A DNA stretch of 64,000 nucleotides from a virus: IMG/VR virus record IMGVR_UViG_3300045988_133913, positions 2,382-66,381 of that record; one strand, given 5' to 3'. The notes beneath the pieces are model-generated. The model did no database searches and was not told where the DNA came from. It was given only the letters and a program-made list of their open reading frames with translations. The translations under genes and the position numbers were made by a program. Below, one piece after another: positions 1 through 8,067 of this stretch. The number at the start of each line of letters is the position of its first letter. Position 1 is the stretch's first letter.

Positions 1-169
1 CCGCGACCAGAAAGGCAAGCTGCGACCATACGCACAGCACACACCAGCGCTGTTCGAGGTCAAGGAATTTACTCGCGGGGAGTATTCGGATGTGCAGACC
101 TTGGTTACTCCAACAGGGCGTGAGACCTTCCGCTTGCTGCTACAAGTGCCAACGCTAGAAAATAAATGA
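1..169 (+). CDS. 3' end of an upstream protein-coding gene (partial)
   Basis: Frame 2 is open from the window edge to TGA at 167-169 and looks coding (RDQKGKLRPYAQH...LENK). The other two frames hit stops earlier. The start lies outside the window. Confidence 0.35.
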   Translation, partial: RDQKGKLRPYAQHTPALFEVKEFTRGEYSDVQTLVTPTGRETFRLLLQVPTLENK

Positions 170-199
170 TTACTGTTTATATTTTATAGGAAATTTGTC
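150..199 (+). promoter_or_regulatory. AT-rich promoter-like region upstream of the small gene cassette
   Basis: GC drops sharply (aaataaatgattactgtttatattttatagg). TTACTG and TATATT boxes are present and an AGGAAA SD sits 8 nt before ATG 200. The hexamer spacing is not ideal, so this is a weak call. Confidence 0.25.
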
Positions 200-448
200 A
201 TGAAAGAAGTAGTAAGCCTTGGTTCCCTGAAAACCGTAGAAGAAGCGTTCGATGTAACGCGCACGGATATGCACGACCTGCTAGAGGGCGGTTTGCTCTT
301 GTTCGAGGAAGCAATGGTTGCCATGTCTATGGAACGTGGTTTGCCGTGCGCAAAAGTGTTTTCTTCTGAGCGTGGAGTGTATTGGGTGTTTGACAGCGAG
401 CTTGTTCTTTCTGAACTAAATGAACGGTTTGGGTTAAGCATAAGGTAA
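200..448 (+). CDS. hypothetical small protein (moron cassette gene 1)
   Basis: ATG at 200 with an AGGAAA SD, 82 aa. It sits in a low-GC island with its own terminator, unlike the flanking structural genes. Confidence 0.55.
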   Translation: MKEVVSLGSLKTVEEAFDVTRTDMHDLLEGGLLLFEEAMVAMSMERGLPCAKVFSSERGVYWVFDSELVLSELNERFGLSIR

Positions 449-452
449 ATTA

Positions 453-686
453 GTGGCTGATTATTCTTTTGACACAACCGGGTTTAAGTCTTTACCAGCT
501 TATACGGGAATACCGTTTGATGCCAAACCGTATAATTACTGGCTTACTTGGGAATCCCGTGCCAAGCGATTATCCTCTGAGATGGGGTTTATCGCAATAA
601 AAGTTTACCAGCCAAGCGGGTCAGATTTATTTAACTGCCATTTGTTCCACACGGACGTGCTTGCGGTGTTAAACATGAAAGACTAA
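453..686 (+). CDS. hypothetical small protein (moron cassette gene 2)
   Basis: GTG start at 453 with a TAAGGT SD 6 nt upstream, 77 aa. An intrinsic terminator follows directly. Confidence 0.5.
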   Translation: MADYSFDTTGFKSLPAYTGIPFDAKPYNYWLTWESRAKRLSSEMGFIAIKVYQPSGSDLFNCHLFHTDVLAVLNMKD

Positions 687-697
687 CCTGCTACAAT

Positions 698-731
698 AGC
701 CCAACCCTTTAATTGGTTGGGCTTTTTGTTT
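698..731 (+). terminator. rho-independent terminator
   Basis: agcccaacc / ggttgggct 9-bp stem, 8-nt loop, then TTTTTGTTT. Confidence 0.6.
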
Positions 732-747
732 GCCCACGGAGAACCTC

Positions 748-1932
748 ATGAGCCTTGATTGCAAGAAACCGAAAGTCTGTACCCCGACCCCAGAGCCGCC
801 TCCGCACCCGCCTACTCCGCCCTTCGAGGTGTGCATCGCGATGGATTACAAGCTCACGTGGGACGGGACACACGCGACCCTTGAGCGGGTAACTACTACG
901 CCAGACGGGTCGTACACCATGTTCAACGTGGTAAACGGCTGTATCGTCAATCCCGGCGTGGGCGACATCCCGACCTACACCCCACCTTACTGCAACCCGA
1001 ACCCCGGCGACTGCCAGCAGGGCGGCGGTGCAGGTGGCACGGTGCGCATCTCCAACCAATCCGGCAACACCATTATCAACAACGGTGACGGGCTGTATGC
1101 CCGCTGCTACGTGCAGGCTGGACCGGGCATCGTGGTAGTGGGCGTCGGTACGGTGTACGACCCTTATGTGATTTCTGGCGGCACGAGTGGTGGCGGGATT
1201 GTAAACGTCGTCGGGCGCGACGGTATCAACGCTACGGTGGACGAAAACAAGGTAGCCTACGTGGGGATGACGCCTACCGGGGTTACGCCCGGCACGTTCC
1301 GGGGTCTGACTATCGGTGTGGATGGGCGGGTGTACAGCTACGACCCCAATCTGGACGGCGCAGGCGTTCGTGCAGGTCGCGGACTAGAGAGCCACAACGA
1401 GCAGGACACGCTGGTTATCGAACACCCGTCACAGCAAGTTTCGGGCAGTATCGACGTCGGCGGCTGGCGGCTTTCCCACAACGATTCCGGGCATTTGCAG
1501 CAGGCACAACAGCTTGCTGCCCCCGTAGCAGACGGGTGCTACATGGTTGGCGGGACAGAGATTTGTTTTACCAACGGCATCGCGACCAGCGTCGGCGCAG
1601 GCAACGGCGGCGGGGGTGGTGGCGGCGGAAACAACGGCGTGCCTGCACCCGGTGCGCTACGCGATATGATTCGTGTGGACTTGGCTTCCACCGGGGCGAC
1701 CGGAACGCGCATCGAATATTTCGGGCAGCGGCTTCAGTTGACCTTCGATAACCCCGGTCAGCTACGGGTGCAGATTCCTAGCTATGTGACCGACATCAGT
1801 CAGGTTAGCGCCAATTCCACGGCGGGAAATTGCACCGCATCCATCGACCCCGGTTCGGGCAATCTGGTGGTTCGCTACGGTGGGCAGGCTTCTGTGGATG
1901 CCCAAGTTATCACAATAGCGTTTAGGGGCTGA
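748..1932 (+). CDS. glycine-rich virion structural protein (putative tail fibre/needle-like)
   Basis: ATG 748 with a GGAGAA SD. The track start at 730 is a TTG inside the terminator. Gly/Thr/Val-rich sequence with a poly-Gly run (GNGGGGGGGGNNG, nt ~1606-1629) and a Pro-rich N-terminus. Confidence 0.55.
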   Translation: MSLDCKKPKVCTPTPEPPPHPPTPPFEVCIAMDYKLTWDGTHATLERVTTTPDGSYTMFNVVNGCIVNPGVGDIPTYTPPYCNPNPGDCQQGGGAGGTVRISNQSGNTIINNGDGLYARCYVQAGPGIVVVGVGTVYDPYVISGGTSGGGIVNVVGRDGINATVDENKVAYVGMTPTGVTPGTFRGLTIGVDGRVYSYDPNLDGAGVRAGRGLESHNEQDTLVIEHPSQQVSGSIDVGGWRLSHNDSGHLQQAQQLAAPVADGCYMVGGTEICFTNGIATSVGAGNGGGGGGGGNNGVPAPGALRDMIRVDLASTGATGTRIEYFGQRLQLTFDNPGQLRVQIPSYVTDISQVSANSTAGNCTASIDPGSGNLVVRYGGQASVDAQVITIAFRG

Positions 1933-1933
1933 T

Positions 1934-3571
1934 ATGCTGGCATGGGAGAGCTATGAGTTCGCGGGCATCGTCCCGCGCCTGCGCAAGAAGCAGTTGCCGA
2001 AGGGCTATGCTACCGTCGCTCACAACGTGGACTTAACCCACGGCAGCATCAAGGCGTTTCTGGAACAGCGACACATCAAGCAGGTGGACGCAAACATGGT
2101 GCGGCTGTACGTCTGGGGTTGCGATATTCTCGTCTGGGACAAGTGTGTCGATGTTGCCGAATGGTTACCCGACTGCCCGCGCCTGTTCGTGACCGGGAAC
2201 GCCGATTATCCGCAGGTGCTAACCAGCGAGAACAAGCGTCTGGTTTATCGGCGTCTAGGTGTGCCAGCCCCGCAGGGCGCACCAGTCGCCCGCGCGAACA
2301 ACGTGGACACCGACCGCTCGCGTGCGGTGGCGTACATCGTGACGTTCGTGAACAGCTTTGGCGAGGAGAGCGGACCATCCAATCCCAGTAACGACGTGGT
2401 TATCGAAGATGGGCAGCAGGTGCAGCTCACTTTTCGTTACAACCCGCCCATCGAGTACGACATCAAGAAACTGCGGATTTACCGCCGCGAGACGGGCTTC
2501 CGTACCGGGCTGGAGAAGGAGCAGGAGCTGGAGACCCATTGGTTCTTCCTGACCGAGCTGGATGCCAACGCGCGTGAATTTACCGATACCACGAGCATCA
2601 TCAATCTGGGGTGGGCGTTCGAGGGACTGGACACACGCGAGCCACCTGTCAAACTCCAGAACATCACGGCAATTCCTTCCACGGCGATTCTTGCCGGAAG
2701 CGTGCAGAACAAACTGCTGTTCAGCCGCAACCTTCAGCCGCACAACTGGATGCTCTCGCAGGAGATGACGCTGGACGACAACATCATCGCGCTGGGTGCT
2801 ATCGGCAACAGCCTGTATGTGGCGACAGACGGACACCCCTACCGGGTGCAGGCAGACGTCGGTTGCGATAGCCGCGACTGTCGAGCGGTGCATAAATACA
2901 CCCAGTCATTCCCGATGATTAACTGCCACGTCGGGCAGGGGGCGATAACCACGCCGTTCGGCTTTATCTACGCCAGCACCGACGGACTAGTCATGCTGAA
3001 CGAAGCCGAACAGCCACGGGTGATTACCAGCGAGGTGTTGTCACAGGACGACTGGCGGCAGCTTGCGCCCCAGACTGCACGACTGGCTTACCATAAAGGC
3101 GCGTTGTTTGTAGTCACAGACAACATCAGCTTCATGCTGTGGCTGGACGGAAACACTTACGCCGACACCAAATACAAGAAAATGGTGACGATTTCAGACG
3201 AACCCGTTGATATGTTTACCACCAGGCAGGGCGAGCTGGTGATGCTGTTCCGCGACGGTACGGTTAGCCAATGGAACGCGGGCAACCGCCTGCGCCCATA
3301 CAAGTGGCTGTCGGCAATTATTGATACCGGGTTTTTGTTCGACCTGACCCGGTTGCGCGCGAGAGTGCAAGACCACGACACAGAGATTAGCATCATCTCT
3401 GACCGCGCCCAGATTTCAAGGAGGTTTCCCGTAGGTGATACCAATATCCCCTTCGGGCGGCATGGACGCCGACCTGAATTTACGATACTGGCGGAAGGAA
3501 CGGGGGAGATAACCGAGATTGTCGCCGGGGTTTGTGTGATTGATATGGGGACAAAGGAGACACCGAAATGA
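1934..3571 (+). CDS. virion structural protein (tail-associated?)
   Basis: 545-aa ORF whose ATG is 1 nt after the previous stop. It sits in the structural operon. No motif recognised. Confidence 0.55.
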   Translation: MLAWESYEFAGIVPRLRKKQLPKGYATVAHNVDLTHGSIKAFLEQRHIKQVDANMVRLYVWGCDILVWDKCVDVAEWLPDCPRLFVTGNADYPQVLTSENKRLVYRRLGVPAPQGAPVARANNVDTDRSRAVAYIVTFVNSFGEESGPSNPSNDVVIEDGQQVQLTFRYNPPIEYDIKKLRIYRRETGFRTGLEKEQELETHWFFLTELDANAREFTDTTSIINLGWAFEGLDTREPPVKLQNITAIPSTAILAGSVQNKLLFSRNLQPHNWMLSQEMTLDDNIIALGAIGNSLYVATDGHPYRVQADVGCDSRDCRAVHKYTQSFPMINCHVGQGAITTPFGFIYASTDGLVMLNEAEQPRVITSEVLSQDDWRQLAPQTARLAYHKGALFVVTDNISFMLWLDGNTYADTKYKKMVTISDEPVDMFTTRQGELVMLFRDGTVSQWNAGNRLRPYKWLSAIIDTGFLFDLTRLRARVQDHDTEISIISDRAQISRRFPVGDTNIPFGRHGRRPEFTILAEGTGEITEIVAGVCVIDMGTKETPK

Positions 3572-4005
3572 CCTACCAGATTGTGAGAATGCCGACAGAC
3601 CAAGAAGAACTCTCGCAGATGATGGAGGAGTATGTACCGTTCCTGAACGCGATGTACACACCTCATGAGCGGGCGATGTTTGGGGATATAGACTTCGCGA
3701 TGAGCTACTGGTTTATGTTGTGGGATACCGGGGCGGGTTACTTCCTGACCCGGCGTAACCCCGCAGGCGAGCTGGTGTTTCTGGCGATGGTTACGAAATA
3801 CCAAGACCTCTGGAATGGCAAGTGGCGCATGGAAGTCCACCGCACGGCGGTATCCAGTGCACCGGGGATTGATGGGCAGCACGAAGTGCAGGCAGCGCTG
3901 GATTACCTGAAGCAGAACAGTGGTCTGTTGCAGTTTGACCGCCTGTATTTCACGAACTACTACGAAGACGGCACGGAAGAAAAGCGATTAGTCTGGAAGG
4001 TGTGA
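3568..4005 (+). CDS. hypothetical virion-module protein
   Basis: ATGA overlap with the upstream gene, 145 aa. Confidence 0.55.
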   Translation: MTYQIVRMPTDQEELSQMMEEYVPFLNAMYTPHERAMFGDIDFAMSYWFMLWDTGAGYFLTRRNPAGELVFLAMVTKYQDLWNGKWRMEVHRTAVSSAPGIDGQHEVQAALDYLKQNSGLLQFDRLYFTNYYEDGTEEKRLVWKV

Positions 4006-4006
4006 G

Positions 4007-4903
4007 ATGCCACGCTCTGACAATGACGGGATGAACTTCGACGACCTGTTCGGCAAGTGGGGCGGGAAGCCTGACAAGAACGGGAAGAAGAAAGATACGA
4101 CGCCGAAAGTTCCGGCGGATAACCCTGCGTGCAAAAACACCGGGGTCACGGATGAAGGGATAGAGCAGTCTTCCCGCTGGAAGTCCATGCTGTCTGCCGC
4201 CATCATGGCGTACAACACATGGAATAGCCTGCGCATGGCGAAGTTGCAGCGCGACCTCGCCAGAAAATATTTGCAGATGAGCAAAGACCATCGCAAGTAT
4301 TACAACGACCGCTTCAAGCCGCTGGAGAAAGACCTCACCAAAGAAGCGCTGAAGCTGAAGAAGTATGAGCGCGACAAAGAGCCGCTTTATACCGGGCAGA
4401 TGCTGGTAAGCGTGCGGGGGAAGAACGCGGGTCAGATTGACAAGGCGGTGTCCTGTACGGGGCGCTACTGCACCGGGCAGCGAGCAGCCATCATAACCGA
4501 CCAGCTCCTCAAGCAGGCGACCCAAGAGAGCCTCGCTGCGGGCATGGCGCATCGCTACACGGACAAGGAAGAAATCGTCCACAACAATCTGCGGTGGGAC
4601 AAGCGCGAACAAGTGCTGAAAATCGGGCGCGACATCCCGGCGCAGGCGTCCAGCTTTGCTCAGCTCGCCGCTGGAATTTTCGGCGACCTCGGCACGCAGG
4701 CTGGCAAGGCAGCGGAAGGCGCGATGAGTTTTATCGCCTACGAGAGCAACCGTGCGCAGACACAGTACCCACCGCGACGGGGGGATATGCAGGTGAGCAG
4801 CTACCGCTACAATCCTACACCGCTTGAGGAGTTCAAGCCGAAGCCGCCGGATGTGTACGTGAAGCCGGAAGAACCGACGCAGACCATAAAAGTGATGGGG
4901 TGA
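4007..4903 (+). CDS. virion/internal protein, tandem paralog 1
   Basis: 298 aa. The C-terminal region (AAGIFGDLGTQAGKAAEGAMSFIAYESNRAQTQY) is shared with the next gene. Confidence 0.6.
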   Translation: MPRSDNDGMNFDDLFGKWGGKPDKNGKKKDTTPKVPADNPACKNTGVTDEGIEQSSRWKSMLSAAIMAYNTWNSLRMAKLQRDLARKYLQMSKDHRKYYNDRFKPLEKDLTKEALKLKKYERDKEPLYTGQMLVSVRGKNAGQIDKAVSCTGRYCTGQRAAIITDQLLKQATQESLAAGMAHRYTDKEEIVHNNLRWDKREQVLKIGRDIPAQASSFAQLAAGIFGDLGTQAGKAAEGAMSFIAYESNRAQTQYPPRRGDMQVSSYRYNPTPLEEFKPKPPDVYVKPEEPTQTIKVMG

Positions 4904-4906
4904 TAA

Positions 4907-5830
4907 ATGAGCGGATTACCAGTCGTTGTAACCACCGGTAGGCTTGAGCGGGTAAATGACGTTTCCATCAAGGCGTTCCCTTGCCCGAAGGTAAACGACA
5001 AGGGGCTGACGGGAGCTTGGTGGTGGGCAGATAAAATCGCCATCGCGGTTGCGCTATGGGCTACCTACGAGACATGGAAGGCGGCGAAGGAAGAATACAA
5101 AATCGGCAAGGACTACTACGACCTTGCGAAAGAACAATGGGATTTCTTCCTCGAAAACTACCGCCCGCTGGAAGACCAAGAGCTGTCAGAGATATGGGCA
5201 GAGCCTCCCTACGAGCCAGATTACCCCAAATCCATCGCAGGGCATACCAACACCATAGACAAGGTTTTCGCCGCCGCAGAACGTCATAGGAGCGCCCTCA
5301 CGGATAAATATTGCGTCTGCCCCGACGTGTCGATGTTCACCAAGACCGACATCATGAAATCAACCGTGCGCGGCGACTCTGATAACTTCGGTCGTCGCTA
5401 CGCCGAGAAGCTGGCGCAGGAGAAGAACGACATCCGCTGGCAGCGACGCATATCGACCGCCAGTCGTGGACGCAACCTGCTATCCGAGAGCGCCTCCCTC
5501 GCCAGCAAGGCGGCAGGGCTGTTCGGGGACTATGCTAAGGCGATGGGCAACGTAGCATCAGGGGCAATGGCGTTTTCCGGCTACGTGAACAACCGGATGC
5601 AGACGGAATACAACCCGGTGCGCCAACGCATCAACGCCCGTGCTGATGTGCCGAATACTTACCGGGGATTCGACGCACAGGCTTACTGGGGCGACGGCAG
5701 CCGGATGCTGGAGAACACTCCGCGCGGGGGCATTTCGTGGCAGCAAGCGGAAGCCAACGCACCCTACGATGGCGCGGGTGGGGTTGCAGGTTACGACCCG
5801 ACAGGATATGCTTCCGCTTCAATGAGATAA
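4907..5830 (+). CDS. virion/internal protein, tandem paralog 2
   Basis: 307 aa. The C-terminal AAGLFGDYAKAMGNVASGAMAFSGYVNNRMQTEY aligns with the preceding gene. Confidence 0.6.
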   Translation: MSGLPVVVTTGRLERVNDVSIKAFPCPKVNDKGLTGAWWWADKIAIAVALWATYETWKAAKEEYKIGKDYYDLAKEQWDFFLENYRPLEDQELSEIWAEPPYEPDYPKSIAGHTNTIDKVFAAAERHRSALTDKYCVCPDVSMFTKTDIMKSTVRGDSDNFGRRYAEKLAQEKNDIRWQRRISTASRGRNLLSESASLASKAAGLFGDYAKAMGNVASGAMAFSGYVNNRMQTEYNPVRQRINARADVPNTYRGFDAQAYWGDGSRMLENTPRGGISWQQAEANAPYDGAGGVAGYDPTGYASASMR

Positions 5831-5842
5831 GGGGACGAAATA

Positions 5843-7174
5843 ATGTACATACCAGATTTATTCGGCGCGTTCATGAAAGGCAAGGAATATGCTAACGACC
5901 GTAACTGGAATGACCTCAAGCAGTATGAAGCGGTAGAAGCCGCTCGCAACGCCAACGACCTTTCCTCGCTGGATATTCTGGGGCAGCGGGCGCAGTTCGG
6001 TGGCAAGATGAGTGTTTTCCAGAACAACGTGGATAACTCCGCACGGGCAAACGAGGTTGCCGAAGCCGCGCAGCCGGGGCTACTTGCCAACGCCAGCACA
6101 GGTAGCATGATTCAGATGGACCAGCGCAGCGCGTTTATGAACAACCGCGACGATTACCAGACCATGCTGAACAACACAGCCCAAGCCAATATCGGTAAGG
6201 GCATCGACGCGGCGGCGGTGCAGATGGGCGCTAACGATTACCTGACGCCTGAACGTGCCGCGCAGATGGGTGGCTGGCGCGGGGAGGACATTTACAACAC
6301 GGCGATGTCCAACAACATCACCACAGGTCATGCGCCAACGGTTGCCGCGCAGGGCGTCGTAACGAATGACAAGCTGTACGATAATAATCTGCTAGGCTTG
6401 GACTACGACCGTGATGTGCTGGAAGGGAATATCAAACGCCAGCCCGTAATCGGTGCTATTAAAGACCGCAACGCCGCCAACCAGTACGCCGACGCGAACA
6501 CCTACCTGACCGACAAGGCGAAGTTAGTGCAGCGAGAGAACCAGCGCCAGCGACAAGGGCTTCTGAACACGATTAGCAACCTCCAGCGCCAGCGTGCAGC
6601 ATTTGCCGCCGACCCGATGATGGCAGGGCAGGTGCAGGAACTCACGCAACAGATAGCCGAGTATCAGGCAGAGCTTCAGCGACTGACTGGGGGCGAAACA
6701 GCGGATGTGTACATCACCGCGCCGGGTCAGGCGATGGCGACGGTGCGCAGCCTCGTGCCGGGCGGGCAGGTGTACCAGCAGGGGGTTGGTCCGCGACCCC
6801 TGCAAGGACAGGTCATCATGCCGCCCCCGCAGCCTGCGCAGCAGCCCGTGCAACAACCCCAATCCGCACCGCAAGCCGCTATTGACCCCAAAGTTCATTC
6901 GCAGAACGTGGAAGCCAAGATGGCGTACGTTGCCGACAAGCAGGCGCAGGGTACGTATGACCCGAACGAAGTCATCATGATTGACGGTGTCCCTTACACC
7001 GCAGGGCAGCTTGTGTACCTCCAGAACGTTCAGCCTAGTATGACAAGCACCGTAGCAGAAGGGGTATCTATGGGGCTGCTAGGGCCGGTGGGTTACGCCA
7101 GCCAGTATTTGCTCGGGACTAATCCTGCGTATGCCCGGCAAATCGCGGCGGCACGTGCAGCAGCGGGGCGGTAA
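5843..7174 (+). CDS. internal virion / ejection protein candidate
   Basis: 443 aa, Gln/Asn/Ala-rich with a Q/P-rich stretch. It lies between the paralog pair and the hydrolase-like gene. Confidence 0.5.
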   Translation: MYIPDLFGAFMKGKEYANDRNWNDLKQYEAVEAARNANDLSSLDILGQRAQFGGKMSVFQNNVDNSARANEVAEAAQPGLLANASTGSMIQMDQRSAFMNNRDDYQTMLNNTAQANIGKGIDAAAVQMGANDYLTPERAAQMGGWRGEDIYNTAMSNNITTGHAPTVAAQGVVTNDKLYDNNLLGLDYDRDVLEGNIKRQPVIGAIKDRNAANQYADANTYLTDKAKLVQRENQRQRQGLLNTISNLQRQRAAFAADPMMAGQVQELTQQIAEYQAELQRLTGGETADVYITAPGQAMATVRSLVPGGQVYQQGVGPRPLQGQVIMPPPQPAQQPVQQPQSAPQAAIDPKVHSQNVEAKMAYVADKQAQGTYDPNEVIMIDGVPYTAGQLVYLQNVQPSMTSTVAEGVSMGLLGPVGYASQYLLGTNPAYARQIAAARAAAGR

Positions 7175-7177
7175 GTT

Positions 7178-8065
7178 ATGGCACGGAGGAAGGGGAATAC
7201 CAACGAATCGCGCAACATGAGTATGGTGTTGCAAGCGTTTCAAAATGCCGGGTTGTCGCCAAACCAAGCGCGGATTCTCGCCGCCGAGGTGGGGCGGGAA
7301 AACGCATTCCAAGACCGCTACCTGTGGGGGTATCACAAAGACCCCGGAAACGGCGCGGTCAATCTGGGGATTATCTCGTGGCAAGGCACACGCGGACGGA
7401 ATCTGGAGAAACAGCTTGCGGCACAAGGGCTGATTAAGAACGGGGTGATGGAGCAGTCACAACGCGCGCTGGATGCACAAGCGCGCTTTTTGGTAAACGA
7501 GATAAAGAACGACCCTGCCTACGCCAAGACCAAAAAGCTGTTTCTGTCCAACCCGAACGTGGACTACAACACAGGCGTCCGGGTGCTGGGTAAGGACTTT
7601 ATCCGCTGGCGCATCGACGACCCGAAGTACGCTGCCAAAGGCGCGGCGTCCCGTGACGGTTTTTATCGGAAGCTAGGCGGGGTAGCCCCGCAAGATGGTG
7701 GCGTGGTGCAGACAGGAGCGTCTGCGCCCTCCGTAGCGCCGCTTATTCCGGCGTCTGGGGCGATAAACGCAGCAGCCAATACCGTGAATGACCTGATGGC
7801 ACAGAACGCTCCCCAGAGCGACCTGATGGGCAAAAACGTGCTGGCTGGCAGCGTAGGCTTCGCCGTTCCAGAAACACCTTTGCAGAACAAACTGTACGGC
7901 GAGGTCGCAGAACAAGGCTTACCGCCGCAGAAAGAATCCATCGCGGCGGTGGCGGCTGATACCATCTCGAAAACTTACGACCAGATGTTTAACCAACCTT
8001 TGGTAAAATCCTCCAGTCCTAGCATCGACGCGCTGATGCAAATCTTTAACGCTCTGGAAGTCTGA
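7178..8065 (+). CDS. putative virion-associated peptidoglycan hydrolase (lysozyme-like, GH108-like DPG motif)
   Basis: The N-terminal segment AAEVGRENAFQDRYLWGYHKDPGNGAVNLGIISW resembles the E...Y..DPGG..K.GI signature of GH108 muramidases, with looser spacing. The gene sits immediately upstream of the giant virion protein. Confidence 0.35.
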   Translation: MARRKGNTNESRNMSMVLQAFQNAGLSPNQARILAAEVGRENAFQDRYLWGYHKDPGNGAVNLGIISWQGTRGRNLEKQLAAQGLIKNGVMEQSQRALDAQARFLVNEIKNDPAYAKTKKLFLSNPNVDYNTGVRVLGKDFIRWRIDDPKYAAKGAASRDGFYRKLGGVAPQDGGVVQTGASAPSVAPLIPASGAINAAANTVNDLMAQNAPQSDLMGKNVLAGSVGFAVPETPLQNKLYGEVAEQGLPPQKESIAAVAADTISKTYDQMFNQPLVKSSSPSIDALMQIFNALEV

Positions 8066-8067
8066 TA

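Noticed and set aside
2255-2893. 212-aa - strand ORF inside the 1934-3571 structural gene
   Set aside because: Antisense shadow of a clearly coding + strand gene. No SD.
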